From positions 289 to 64,288 of the forward strand of contig JAFQNL010000035.1 of NCBI GenBank assembly GCA_017395935.1: a stretch of DNA of 64,000 nt, written 5' to 3'. Source of the DNA: Oscillospiraceae bacterium (GTDB lineage: Bacteria > Bacillota > Clostridia > Oscillospirales > Oscillospiraceae). Below, one piece after another: positions 1 through 9,718 of this stretch (within the stretch, counting starts at the first letter, position 1; every line of letters begins with the position of its first letter). Position numbers and translations under genes: made by a program. Below the pieces are notes generated by a model. It searched no databases and was not told the origin of the DNA. It saw only the letters and a list, made by a program, of their open reading frames with translations.

Positions 1-798
1 GATGGCCGCCCCCGTTTTCACCTCATCCCTCCTGGCTACCGGTACTCTTTCGCCGGGAAAGCAGTCAGAGTATAGGGTGCCAAAAATACCGCAGGGTGTA
101 TTGTTTGTCAGTCTGCCCAGTTCCCGGCTCAGATCAAAGCTTCCATGAAGAGCTCCGGGACTTCCCTTCTCTCCGGGCAGCAGACCAGTGACGCTGGAGG
201 GCATCACTGCGCCCGACTCCAGCGGCATGATCAAGCCAGTATCTACGTCGTTGATACCGTGACCCAGAGCTCCGAACTGGCCGGTAGCCGGATCATAAAA
301 GGTGACGGTACCAATTCCGGCCATGGAGTCCCGAATCCACGCGCCCAACTTATACTCCTCTCCGGAACGGCAGAGAGCAGCCTCACCGGAGCAGGTAAAG
401 CTCTGGTCCTGACGCCGGATTTGAAGCTCCAATCTGCCCCCGCTGTCTTTCAATACATCCTGCACCTCTTCAATCGAGCTAACACTTTGGCCGTTGATCC
501 GGGTGATCATATCTCCACTCTTCAGGCCCAGTTCCCGGGCCGGAGAGCGAGCCCCCTGCTCTGTTTCCACATCGGTGAGTCCTACCACCATAACGCCTTC
601 AGCAAAGAGCTTGATTCCCACCGTTCTGCCCACCGGCACAAGCATTCGCCCTTCCTGCCTGTTTGAACACTCTACCGAGCCCTCCAGCGCCTCCGAGGCC
701 GCAGTCAGCCCAGTCAGCAGGGCAGCCGCGGTCAGCACTGCCAGCAGACAGCGTCCCAGCTGCCAGATCCAGGGGCGCTCCCATTGTCCTTCCTTCAT
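1..798 (-). CDS. spoIVB: SpoIVB sporulation serine peptidase (S55); C-terminal part runs off the window start
   Basis: Absent from the ORF track because there is no stop inside the window. My reverse translation from ATG ~798 gives MKEGQWERPWIWQLGRCLLAVLTAAALL (signal/TM), a PDZ-like ARELGLKSGDMITRINGQSV, then GAWIRDSMAGIGTVTFYDPATGQFGALGHGINDVD, a pattern typical of SpoIVB. Confidence 0.85.
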   Translation of the reverse strand, partial: MKEGQWERPWIWQLGRCLLAVLTAAALLTGLTAASEALEGSVECSNRQEGRMLVPVGRTVGIKLFAEGVMVVGLTDVETEQGARSPARELGLKSGDMITRINGQSVSSIEEVQDVLKDSGGRLELQIRRQDQSFTCSGEAALCRSGEEYKLGAWIRDSMAGIGTVTFYDPATGQFGALGHGINDVDTGLIMPLESGAVMPSSVTGLLPGEKGSPGALHGSFDLSRELGRLTNNTPCGIFGTLYSDCFPGERVPVARRDEVKTGAAI

Positions 799-1020
799 CT
801 TCCAGATCCCCCTTTCCGCCGCTTATCTGCGGCGATGGACATACCATACCCCAATGAGACCGGTCCAGTCTGCCGTCTAAGGCAGGCTTTCCCTGCTCTG
901 GATTGGAGGAAATGTCCAAGGGTCAGCTGGACGCTCTTTTCCCGGTTTCAGCAGGTGCAATTTGCTTTGGAAAATGATTCAGAATTAAAAACAGACGCTC
1001 GTATTCAGTTTGCCCCATCG

Positions 1021-1052
1021 ACAAAAAAAGATCTCCCGGAGGGAGATCTTTT
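1021..1052 (-). terminator. Rho-independent terminator after lrp
   Basis: Hairpin aagatctccc-gga-gggagatctt preceded by an A-run on the + strand, which is a T-run on the - strand. Confidence 0.6.
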
Positions 1053-1061
1053 CCTGTGCAA

Positions 1062-1526
1062 CTATTGGTCTTTTACATTCTTCAGTACATAGTAGCTGGT
1101 AATGGAGGAAACCCCTTCCATCATGGCAATCCGATGATGGAGATTTTGCAGATGCTGATGGGACTCGGCAGTGACCCGGAGCAGATAGTCCATATTGCCC
1201 GTCAGGTACTCGCAGTCAATTACATCCTCTTCCTCTCGAATCCGTGCTTCAAAGCGCTCATAATACTGAGGACTCTCAATGGACACACCCATGAGCATCA
1301 TCAGCGGCCGGCCAAGCTTGGCCTGATCCACTATTGTAGTATAGCGCTGAATCACTCCCTGCTCTTCCATCCGATGGATCCGCTCCAGCACCGAAGAGAC
1401 CGAGAGGTTTACCTGTCTGCTAATCTTGGAAGCCGAAAGACGGGCATTCTCCCGCAGGCAGTTTAAAATATCCAGATCCAACTGATCCATATGCTCGTCC
1501 ACCTTTACATGGTCGTTAGAATGCAT
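1062..1526 (-). CDS. Lrp/AsnC family transcriptional regulator
   Basis: 154 aa. N-terminal HTH LDILNCLRENARLSASKISRQVNLSVSSVLERIHRMEEQGVI followed by an RAM/AsnC_trans_reg-like C-terminal half. Confidence 0.9.
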   Translation of the reverse strand: MHSNDHVKVDEHMDQLDLDILNCLRENARLSASKISRQVNLSVSSVLERIHRMEEQGVIQRYTTIVDQAKLGRPLMMLMGVSIESPQYYERFEARIREEEDVIDCEYLTGNMDYLLRVTAESHQHLQNLHHRIAMMEGVSSITSYYVLKNVKDQ

Positions 1527-1622
1527 TTATTGTACCCGATTTGGTCGTAAATGTCAAAGCTTCCGGGAAAATATTTCGTAATTCAAATTATTTTCCCTGC
1601 GCAGACGCACTTTCCGGACCAT

Positions 1623-2570
1623 TCAGTCCTCTAAAAACCAGATATTTCGGTCCACGTTGCCATCGATCCCGTCCACTTTGCCCGAGTCGGTATATTGCCA
1701 GATGGCAATCCTATAGGCGTAGGTAGGATAGTCGCTTCGATACTCGGCGTACCAGACACCTACATCGCTGAGCTTATTCAGGTCGTAGCCCAGATAGCCC
1801 AGCATACCGTTGCAGTAGATCATAGGGGTATAGCCCGCCTTTCGGATCTCCTGACAGAAGACCACGGCGCAGGCGGTAACCTCGTCTCCCTCCAGATCGT
1901 CGGTCCGGGCCTGTTCATGGGTGATGTACTCCCAGTCAAAAACCACCGGCCCCTGGATCTCTTTGCCCTCCAGCCACTGGATCACCTGATGGGCCTCAAT
2001 GAGAGCCTCGGCCTCGTCCAGCGCCTGCGAGAAGAAATAGACGCCCACATCAATTCCGTTTTCGGTAGCCCCCTGATAGTTTTCCTCAAAGCGGCTATCC
2101 TGATTCAGCGCGCCCTCAGAGTAGCCCCGGTATCCGATCCGGAGCATGGCAAATTCTACTCCGTCAGCGGCAACGGCGGACCAGTCGATCTGGCCCTGAT
2201 GGGCGGAGACGTCGATTCCATAGCGGGCGTTGCCGTCATAGATGATGGTTCCGTCCTCCAGCCGGGTGAACCGGTCGCTTTGGAGCTGGTTCGGTTCCAG
2301 CGTCCGGTCGATCTCCACCTGCTGGCCGCCTACGGTCACTACATCCTCCGGCTCAGCGTCCTCCTGCCGGTGGGCCTGGTCATATTTGGCCTGCTCAGAG
2401 GCTACAAAATCCATCACCAGATCCCGGTACCGTTCAGCCAGCTTGGTCACTACCAGTCCGGCCAGAACCAGAAAGACAGCCAACAGCACCACCAGCAATT
2501 TGAGCAGGGGGGTACGATCTTTGCTCGGTCGCTTGCCTTTCACAGGCGCTTTTACTCGTCTGCCGGACAT
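1623..2570 (-). CDS. Membrane-anchored GH25 family lysozyme (muramidase)
   Basis: 315 aa. N-terminal basic segment plus TM (LLKLLVVLLAVFLVLAGLVV). GH25 motif YGIDVSAHQGQIDWSAVAADGVEFAMLRIGYRGY. Confidence 0.85.
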   Translation of the reverse strand: MSGRRVKAPVKGKRPSKDRTPLLKLLVVLLAVFLVLAGLVVTKLAERYRDLVMDFVASEQAKYDQAHRQEDAEPEDVVTVGGQQVEIDRTLEPNQLQSDRFTRLEDGTIIYDGNARYGIDVSAHQGQIDWSAVAADGVEFAMLRIGYRGYSEGALNQDSRFEENYQGATENGIDVGVYFFSQALDEAEALIEAHQVIQWLEGKEIQGPVVFDWEYITHEQARTDDLEGDEVTACAVVFCQEIRKAGYTPMIYCNGMLGYLGYDLNKLSDVGVWYAEYRSDYPTYAYRIAIWQYTDSGKVDGIDGNVDRNIWFLED

Positions 2571-2629
2571 GGCCTTTGACCTCCCTTTCTCTCCGGCGGC
2601 AGGATCTGACAGAATCTGACACCGGTCAT

Positions 2630-2663
2630 AGAAAAAGACCGTCAGGAAGCTCCCGACGGTCTT
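2630..2663 (-). terminator. Rho-independent terminator after ftsZ
   Basis: gaccgtc-N11-gacggtc hairpin with a flanking A-run on the + strand (T-run on the - strand). Confidence 0.55.
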
Positions 2664-2679
2664 TGAAGCTTATAGGAAA

Positions 2680-3819
2680 TTATCTGCGCTTGTTGAAGAT
2701 AGCGAAGATATCATCGAAGGGATCTTCTTCCTTGTCGATGACCGGCTGAGCCACAACGGCAGCGGCCTCTTCTTCGGCCTTGGGAGCCTCTTCCTCAGCA
2801 GTACCCTCGGCAGCGGCCACCTTCTGGGCAGCCTGGCTGAAGGGCTTCTCTACCACTTCGTCGTCCTTCTCAAAGCCGGTAGCGATAACGGTAACCCGGA
2901 TCTCATCCTCCAGAGAGTCGTCGAAGGTGGCGCCGAAGATAATATTGGCGTCGGGGTTGGCAGCCTGCTGAACCAGGTTGGCAGCAGTCTCTACCTCTTC
3001 CAGACCGATCTCCATAGAGCCGGCCACGTTGACCAGAACGCCCTTCGCACCGTTGATGGAGGTCTCCAGCAGGGGGGAGGAAACGGCCAGCCGGGCAGCC
3101 TCTTCGGCCTTGCCCTTACCGGCAGCGCGGCCGACGCCCATATGGGCCAGACCGGCATCCTTCATGATGGCAGTCACGTCAGCAAAGTCCAGATTGATGA
3201 AGCCCACGTTCTTGATCAGGTCGGAGATGGACTCCACGGCCTGACGGAGGACGTCGTCAGCGATCTCAAAGGCGTTGGCAAAGGTAATCTTCTGATCAGT
3301 GGCGTGCTTCAGGCGGTCGTTGGGAATGATAACCAGAGAGTCCACCTTGCTCTTGAGCTCGGCAATACCGGCCTCGGCCTGCTGCATACGGCGGCGACCC
3401 TCAAAGCCGAAGGGCTTGGTGACCACGCCCACAGTCAGGATGCCCTGCTCGCGAGCCACGTCGGAGACGATAGGAGCGCCACCGGTACCGGTACCGCCAC
3501 CCATGCCGCAGGTGACGAAGACCATATCAGTGCCTTCCAGGCTCTTTGCGATCTGGCTGCGATTTTCCTCGGCAGCCTTCTTGCCCACCTCAGGATTGGC
3601 GCCGGCGCCCTTACCCTGAGTCAGCTTCTCGCCGATCTGGATCTTATAGGTAGCGCTGGAGGCGTCCAGAGCCTGCTTGTCGGTGTTGACGGCGATGAAG
3701 TCAACGCCCTTGGTGCCGGAGCGGACCATGCGGTTGACCACGTTGGTGCCGGCGCCGCCGACGCCGACGACTTTGATATTAACAACAGTATCAGGGGTGG
3801 GTTCAAATCCAATAGACAT
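2680..3819 (-). CDS. ftsZ: Cell division GTPase FtsZ
   Basis: 379 aa. Tubulin signature [19 protein letters not shown], and a C-terminal [11 protein letters not shown] peptide. Confidence 0.98.
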   Translation of the reverse strand: MSIGFEPTPDTVVNIKVVGVGGAGTNVVNRMVRSGTKGVDFIAVNTDKQALDASSATYKIQIGEKLTQGKGAGANPEVGKKAAEENRSQIAKSLEGTDMVFVTCGMGGGTGTGGAPIVSDVAREQGILTVGVVTKPFGFEGRRRMQQAEAGIAELKSKVDSLVIIPNDRLKHATDQKITFANAFEIADDVLRQAVESISDLIKNVGFINLDFADVTAIMKDAGLAHMGVGRAAGKGKAEEAARLAVSSPLLETSINGAKGVLVNVAGSMEIGLEEVETAANLVQQAANPDANIIFGATFDDSLEDEIRVTVIATGFEKDDEVVEKPFSQAAQKVAAAEGTAEEEAPKAEEEAAAVVAQPVIDKEEDPFDDIFAIFNKRR

Positions 3820-3994
3820 ATGGTTTTCCTCCTATGTGATCACGGCCAGTGCCGACTGTATGAATTACGTACCATGAGATGACAGTATCATATTTTATTG
3901 TAAACGGAATCCGGCGGCAGGTCAATACTCTTTTCTGGTTTGGGAATTATTTTTTCCCAAATCTCCCCTCTGAGCCGCTCTGCCGCCGTCAGAG

Positions 3995-4774
3995 TTAATT
4001 TTTCGAAAGAACAGCTTCGCCGGTATTTTTTGTCATATCCAGCGTGCCGGAATCCTCTTCCGTCCAGTTGTCGTTGATATAGCGTTCCTGTGCCGCGTGA
4101 AGCATCTTGACATCGTAGTGGAAGTCATCGGCCAGACCCATCTTCACCGTCAGTCGGCCGTCATAGAGCATAGTCAGATAGCTGTTGGTGGCCAGCTCAA
4201 TGGACTCCACCCGCTGTACCGATCCATCTTCCACCAGAGCGCGCAGCAGACCCTTCAGGCCCCTGAACTTCAGATCCTCCAGCTCATCCACCACCAGCTC
4301 CGATCCGGCAGTCATTTCCATAACGGTCAGGCCGGTGACGACAGGATAGCCCTCGTTCTCAGGCACGTCGCCCAGCACCTTTCCATTACAGTCAATATAC
4401 CAGTAGGAGCTGCCAAAGGCGATCGCGGCGGCAGGTTCAGTTTCTACCACCTCGATGGCCACCCCTTCCGGCAGCTTCAGTCGGATCTTAACCGTACTCA
4501 GATAGGGCAGCTCGGCCTCCATCCGGCTCTCAATCCGGCTGCGGGGGATACGAAGCAGGTTGTCGCCCTGCTGAATCCCCGAGCTCTCCAGCAGCAGCTG
4601 ACTGCTGTAGCGCTCATTGCCCACCACCTCTACGGTATGGACCTTGAAGAATACCATAGATCCGGCGGCAATGGCCAGCAGGATGATCAGTCCGCAGACA
4701 GCGGTATACAGGCGATTATAGGTTCTCCGGTCGTGCCGGTCTCCCCGCCGTTTGTGCTTGCGTTCTGTTGCCAT
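3995..4774 (-). CDS. ftsQ: Cell division protein FtsQ/DivIB (POTRA domain)
   Basis: 259 aa. Basic N-terminus, single TM, POTRA-like VHTVEVVGNERYSSQLLLESSGIQQGDNLL. Sits between murA and ftsZ. Confidence 0.8.
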   Translation of the reverse strand: MATERKHKRRGDRHDRRTYNRLYTAVCGLIILLAIAAGSMVFFKVHTVEVVGNERYSSQLLLESSGIQQGDNLLRIPRSRIESRMEAELPYLSTVKIRLKLPEGVAIEVVETEPAAAIAFGSSYWYIDCNGKVLGDVPENEGYPVVTGLTVMEMTAGSELVVDELEDLKFRGLKGLLRALVEDGSVQRVESIELATNSYLTMLYDGRLTVKMGLADDFHYDVKMLHAAQERYINDNWTEEDSGTLDMTKNTGEAVLSKN

Positions 4775-6047
4775 AGTGTTTTGCTTCTCCTCTGTCGTCT
4801 TCCCGATAGATCTGTGCGCCCAGAGCGGTCAGATCCTGAGTCAGTCGGGCATAGCCCCGGTCAATATGGTCCAGTCCGGTGATCCGGCTCTCTCCTTCCG
4901 CCCCCAGAGCCGCCACCACAAGCGCGGCGCCGCCCCGGAGATCCGGAGCAGTCATGGGCGCGCCCCGGAGCCGCTCTCGGCCGCAGACCACCGCCACCCG
5001 GCCTTCCACCCGAATATCTGCGCCCATGCGGACCAGCTCGGCCGTATGGCGATAGCGGTTTTCAAACATTGTCTCCACAAATACCGTCGTCCCCTCCCCC
5101 CGGCAGAGCGCTGCCAGTACAGGGGGCTGAGCATCGGTAGGAAAGCCGGGATAGGGCGCTGTACGGACGGGGGAAACCCCCTTCAGTCCGCCCCGGGCGC
5201 TGAGGAAGATCCTGTCTCCCTCTCCCCTCACCCGGCATCCGGCCTGCCGGAAAAGGTCACAGATCAGCAGCAGCTGCTCCCACTCCACGCCCCGAAGCTC
5301 TATCTCACCTCCGGCGCAGGCACAGGCAGCGAGATAGGTGGCTCCGCAGATCCGGTCGGAGATAACCTTATGCTCGGCATGGTCCAGAGGGATTGCTCCC
5401 TCTACCGTGATGACCGAGCTGCCGGCGCCCCAAACCCGGGCGCCGCAACCGCGCAGGAATTGCTGGAGATCCCAGATCTCCGGCTCCCGGGCGGCGTTGT
5501 AAATCGTAGTTCGTCCCCGGGCGCCGCAGGCGGCCAGCATGGCGTTCTCTGTGGCTCCCACACTGGGGATAGTCAGGCTGATTTGGCAGCCTCTTAGTTT
5601 TTTGCTGCGGCAGCAGAGCCGTCCGCTCCGCTGATCGATCTCCGCTCCCAGCCGGCCAAGGGCCTCAAGGTGGAGGTCGATGGGTCTCGGACCCAGCTCA
5701 CAGCCTCCCGGGGGATAGATCCGGGCCTCACCGGTCCTGGCCAGAATGGCGCCCAGAAAAATGACCGACGAGCGCATCTCACGCATCAGCGTCTCGGGGA
5801 TATCACAGCGATCCAGCGTGGAGGAATCCACCGTCACCGTCTCCCCTTCCCAGCACACCCGGCAGCCCAGGTGGCGCAGGATAGCAATGGAGGCCGCCAC
5901 GTCGGTCAGCGGCGGGCAGTTATGTATCACACTGGTCCGGCCGGAGAGAATGGTGGCGGCCAGAATGGGAAGCACGCTGTTTTTGGCTCCCTGAACGTGG
6001 ACCACACCCTCCAGAGGCCGGCCGCCGGAGATATAGAGCGTATTCAT
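4716..6047 (-). CDS. murA: UDP-N-acetylglucosamine 1-carboxyvinyltransferase
   Basis: MNTLYISGGRPLEGVVHVQGAKNSVLPILAA start with GGGAGGAAGG upstream. EPSP-synthase fold motifs are present. The track ORF begins 5 codons earlier, inside the RBS. Confidence 0.93.
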   Translation of the reverse strand: MNTLYISGGRPLEGVVHVQGAKNSVLPILAATILSGRTSVIHNCPPLTDVAASIAILRHLGCRVCWEGETVTVDSSTLDRCDIPETLMREMRSSVIFLGAILARTGEARIYPPGGCELGPRPIDLHLEALGRLGAEIDQRSGRLCCRSKKLRGCQISLTIPSVGATENAMLAACGARGRTTIYNAAREPEIWDLQQFLRGCGARVWGAGSSVITVEGAIPLDHAEHKVISDRICGATYLAACACAGGEIELRGVEWEQLLLICDLFRQAGCRVRGEGDRIFLSARGGLKGVSPVRTAPYPGFPTDAQPPVLAALCRGEGTTVFVETMFENRYRHTAELVRMGADIRVEGRVAVVCGRERLRGAPMTAPDLRGGAALVVAALGAEGESRITGLDHIDRGYARLTQDLTALGAQIYREDDRGEAKHYGNRTQAQTAGRPARPENL

Positions 6048-6111
6048 CTTCCTTCCTCCCATACATGGTTTTTACCCAGTCTATGAGAGTAGGAGGAAAG
6101 GGGTTCCTGTG

Positions 6112-7233
6112 TTACTTTATCAGGCCACGAAGCACCTGATAGATCCGCTCGTTGGCGTCGGTGACCGAGACGCGGGCCAGCACGGCACTCATCTCTTCCA
6201 GACCCGCCCGGTCAGCCAGCATGGCCGAAACCTGCTGGTAAAGCCGCTCACCGGAGCACTCCGGCTCCAGCATCAGTACCGCGCCACCCTGATCAGACAG
6301 GACCCGGGCGTTCTTTTCCTGATGGTTGGCCGTCACGTTGGGGCTGGGGACCAGAATACTGGCTTTGGCAATGGCGGAGATCTCCGAAATTGTAGAGGCA
6401 CCGGCCCGGCTGAGCACTACATCAGCCGCGGCCATACAGACAGGCATATCATAGATATATTCCCGCACATCCACCAGCGGATACTGCTTCAGGTCGATTC
6501 CCTTTTCCGCCAGTTTTTCCATCACCCGGCTGTAATAACGCTTGCCCACACCGTAGATATGATGGAAGGGCTGGCCCTCGGCGCATTCTCTTGCCACAAA
6601 ATCCACCATATAGTCATTCATGACCTGAGCGCCCAGACTGCCCCAAGTAGTCAGAACCACCGGTTTGTCGTCCGTATACCCCAGCAGGGCGCGGGCCTCC
6701 TGCCGGGACAAGGAGAAGAAGTCTCCCCGGACAGGGGTACCTGTGACCTCAACCTTGCTGGGATCCGGATAATGGGCCCGGCTCTCCTCAAAGCCCACCA
6801 TCACCTTGTCTACCACCTTGGCCAGCATCTTAGTCGTCAGACCGGGAAAGGCGTTGGACTCGTGGACAGCGGTAGGAATCCCCCGTTTGGCAGCGGCCTG
6901 AACCACCGGGTAGGAGGCGTAGCCGCCGGTACCTACTACCAGATCGGGCCGGAATTCGTCCAGAATTCGGGCAGCCTCCCGTCGGGAGGTAAGCAGATTT
7001 TTCAGGGTACCCAGATTATGCCGAATGGCACTCAGGCTGAGCGAGCGGTAGAAGCTGGAGATTTTGACCGTCCGGATGGGAAATCCCTCCCGGGGGATCA
7101 GCTGCTCTTCCATGCCACCCTTGGCACCCACAAAGAGAATCTCTGCTCCGTCCCGCTCCCGGAACATTCTGGCCAGCGCCAGTCCGGGATTGATATGTCC
7201 CGCGGTACCTCCGCAGGTAAAGAGAACTTTCAT
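6112..7233 (-). CDS. murG: Lipid II-forming glycosyltransferase MurG
   Basis: 373 aa. MKVLFTCGGTAGHINPGLALA N-terminus and dcw context. Confidence 0.95.
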   Translation of the reverse strand: MKVLFTCGGTAGHINPGLALARMFRERDGAEILFVGAKGGMEEQLIPREGFPIRTVKISSFYRSLSLSAIRHNLGTLKNLLTSRREAARILDEFRPDLVVGTGGYASYPVVQAAAKRGIPTAVHESNAFPGLTTKMLAKVVDKVMVGFEESRAHYPDPSKVEVTGTPVRGDFFSLSRQEARALLGYTDDKPVVLTTWGSLGAQVMNDYMVDFVARECAEGQPFHHIYGVGKRYYSRVMEKLAEKGIDLKQYPLVDVREYIYDMPVCMAAADVVLSRAGASTISEISAIAKASILVPSPNVTANHQEKNARVLSDQGGAVLMLEPECSGERLYQQVSAMLADRAGLEEMSAVLARVSVTDANERIYQVLRGLIK

Positions 7234-7257
7234 GGTTTCTCTTCCTTTCTGAGAAGA

Positions 7258-8517
7258 TCAGTCGTGTTTTGGCCCGGGTATCTGCCGTGAGACGGAGAGG
7301 ATCAGACCCATTTCCGCCATCTGAATGATCAGCGCCGTTCCTCCGTAACTGAAGAAGGGCAGCGAGATACCGGTGGCGGGGATCAGATTGGTCACGACGG
7401 CGATATTCATAAACACCTGCACAGCCAGCAGCGTGGTAACGCCGACCACCATGAGCGAGCCAAAGCGGTCCCGGGCGTGAAGGGCCAGATAGTAGCCTCT
7501 GAGAATCAGCATCATGAACAGGGCAATAATCAGCGTAGCGCCGATGAAGCCCAGCTCCTCGCAGACGATGGCAAAGATGAAGTCGTTCTGTTCCTCAGGG
7601 AGGTAGAGATATTTCTGCCGGCTCAGACCAAAGCCACGGCCGTTAAGGCCGCCCGAAGCCACGGCATAAATAGACTGAATAATCTGATAGCCCTTGTCCT
7701 GAGGGTCGCTCCACGGATCCTGCCACACGTCCAGACGGCTTGAGTTATAGCCGCCCACGACCACCAGCAGGAAGAACAGCAGGGCCACACCAAGGCCGCC
7801 AGCCACGAACCAGCCCACATGGACGCCCGAGGCAAAGAGGATAGCGGCAGCGGCGGCGAAAATCAGCAGCGTACCCGACATATGAGGTTCCAGCAGCAGC
7901 AGGAAGGCGATCAGACCCAGTACCAGAATATAGGGGATCAGCTCGCCGAAACCGGTCTTGGCGCTGAACCAGCGGTAGACGTCCTTCAGATAGGTGCCGT
8001 TGGTCTGTCCGGGCTTGCGCTTGGGGAACTTCTCGGCATACTTCTGGGCCTTGAGCTGGGTCAGAGGCCGTTTGGATAGGCTGGCCGAGAAGAAGACGAC
8101 GACGGCGATCTTGGCGATCTCCGATGGCTGGAACTGAACAAAGATCAGGTTGAGCCAGCGGCGGGCATTGTTTCGCACGACGCTGATCAGAGGGATGGGC
8201 AGCAGCACGATAATGAGCATGAAAATGGACACGATCAGCAGGGGCACGCTCATCCAGCGCAGATGCTGATAGTCAAAGCGGGAAACCAGATACATGATTA
8301 TCGTTCCGGCAATGGCAAAGCTCAGCTGATGCTTGAAGTAATAGGCAGGGTCATAGTTGGAGACCTCTTCCATGCCGGCGGCATAGGAAGAGGCGGACAG
8401 GAGCATGAGCAGACCGATGGTCATCAGCAGAATGGTCAGCATCAGGAAAGGCATATCCAGAGGCCCCTGTGCCCACTGCTGCTCCCGGGTCATATCACGT
8501 TTTGATCTCCACGCCAT
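7258..8517 (-). CDS. ftsW: SEDS family protein FtsW/SpoVE
   Basis: 419 aa polytopic membrane protein. Contains the LPEEQNDFIFAIVCEELGFIG and PFFSYGGT motifs of FtsW/RodA. Confidence 0.92.
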   Translation of the reverse strand: MAWRSKRDMTREQQWAQGPLDMPFLMLTILLMTIGLLMLLSASSYAAGMEEVSNYDPAYYFKHQLSFAIAGTIIMYLVSRFDYQHLRWMSVPLLIVSIFMLIIVLLPIPLISVVRNNARRWLNLIFVQFQPSEIAKIAVVVFFSASLSKRPLTQLKAQKYAEKFPKRKPGQTNGTYLKDVYRWFSAKTGFGELIPYILVLGLIAFLLLLEPHMSGTLLIFAAAAAILFASGVHVGWFVAGGLGVALLFFLLVVVGGYNSSRLDVWQDPWSDPQDKGYQIIQSIYAVASGGLNGRGFGLSRQKYLYLPEEQNDFIFAIVCEELGFIGATLIIALFMMLILRGYYLALHARDRFGSLMVVGVTTLLAVQVFMNIAVVTNLIPATGISLPFFSYGGTALIIQMAEMGLILSVSRQIPGPKHD

Positions 8518-8568
8518 AAGCGGTTGCTCCTTTCATGCAAACAGGAAAATGAAACCGATCTGGCGGCC

Positions 8569-9561
8569 TTACAGCACGACCGGGAAGCGCCGGATCACGC
8601 CGAAGTAGGCCAGCACGCAGCAGGCAGCGGTAATCAGGGTAAAGACCAGAAACAACTTTACCTCGCTCCAGCCGCCCATCTCGAAGTGGTGATGGAGGGG
8701 AGCCATACGGAAGATCCGCTTGCCGTGGGTCGCTTTAAAGTAGACCACCTGAATAATATCGCTAAGGGTCTCGGCAATATAGATTACGCCGATCAGCACC
8801 AGAATCAAGGGCATATCCAGACAGAAGGCCATACCTGCCACGGCGCCACCCAGAAAGAGCGACCCGGTGTCGCCCATAAAGACCTTGGCCGGATGGAAAT
8901 TATAGATCAGAAACGCGCACAGGCCGCCGAACATGGCTCCGGCAAAAACGCTCAGCTCAGTCATGCCCCAGGCCATAGAGACGGCCAGATAAAACAGCGA
9001 GACCGGCATAGTGACACCGGTCGCCAGACCGTCTACACCGTCGGTGATATTGACCGAGTTCACCGTACCCACGATTACGAAGGCGGCAAAGGCCAGATAG
9101 AGAATCCAGGGCAGCTGGAAGGTGGTGTTGAGGAAGGGAATGTAAAGCTGGGCGTTCAGATAGCCAAAGTTGCGCAGCAGCACGATAAACAGCACGGCAG
9201 CAGCCAGCTGGAGCAGAAATTTCTGCGCGGCAGTCAGACCCTCGTTCTTCTTATATTTGACCTTCATATAGTCGTCGAACAGGCCAATAGCGCCGAAGAC
9301 CAGCGCGAACAGGAAGACGAACAGAGCGCCGAATTTACCGGCAGCCAGATCGGGAGCGCCGGCCAGCAGAACGGCGGCCAGAATACCCAAAATAAACATG
9401 ATACCGCCCATTGTGGGGGTGCCCTGTTTGGACATATGCCATTTGGGGCCAATCTCCTTGATAGTCTGTCCGGCCTTCAGGGCCCGGAGCCAGGGGATAA
9501 GCACTTTGCCCAGCAGCGCGCTGAGGACAAAGGCGATGACAAAACTCAAAATTACTCTCAT
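8569..9561 (-). CDS. mraY: Phospho-N-acetylmuramoyl-pentapeptide transferase
   Basis: MRVILSFVIAF start preceded by AGGAGG; the track ORF uses an upstream GTG at 9594. Motifs NSVNITDGVDGLA and MGDTGSL. Confidence 0.95.
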   Translation of the reverse strand: MRVILSFVIAFVLSALLGKVLIPWLRALKAGQTIKEIGPKWHMSKQGTPTMGGIMFILGILAAVLLAGAPDLAAGKFGALFVFLFALVFGAIGLFDDYMKVKYKKNEGLTAAQKFLLQLAAAVLFIVLLRNFGYLNAQLYIPFLNTTFQLPWILYLAFAAFVIVGTVNSVNITDGVDGLATGVTMPVSLFYLAVSMAWGMTELSVFAGAMFGGLCAFLIYNFHPAKVFMGDTGSLFLGGAVAGMAFCLDMPLILVLIGVIYIAETLSDIIQVVYFKATHGKRIFRMAPLHHHFEMGGWSEVKLFLVFTLITAACCVLAYFGVIRRFPVVL

Positions 9562-9718
9562 CTTTCGAAAAACCTCCTGCCGGACATGACTCACGGAAAA
9601 ATATGCTGTACATTTAAGAATATCATATCCGGCCGTTTCTTTCCAGTTCTCTGATTGAATTTCTCTGCCCCTGTTCCGTTTTTACTCCTCGAAACAGGGG
9701 CAAAAGGTACTATTGACC

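Noticed and set aside
145-919. Several + and - strand ORFs (145-666, 494-880, 599-919, 663-857) at the window start.
   Set aside because: The region is fully explained by spoIVB on the - strand in a different frame, with PDZ and catalytic motifs read directly.
1623-2570. A GH25 lysozyme (and TraX at 21380-22132) as possible prophage or conjugative-element remnants.
   Set aside because: There are no phage structural, holin, integrase, relaxase or T4SS genes nearby. Both genes are embedded in core operon context with native-looking composition.
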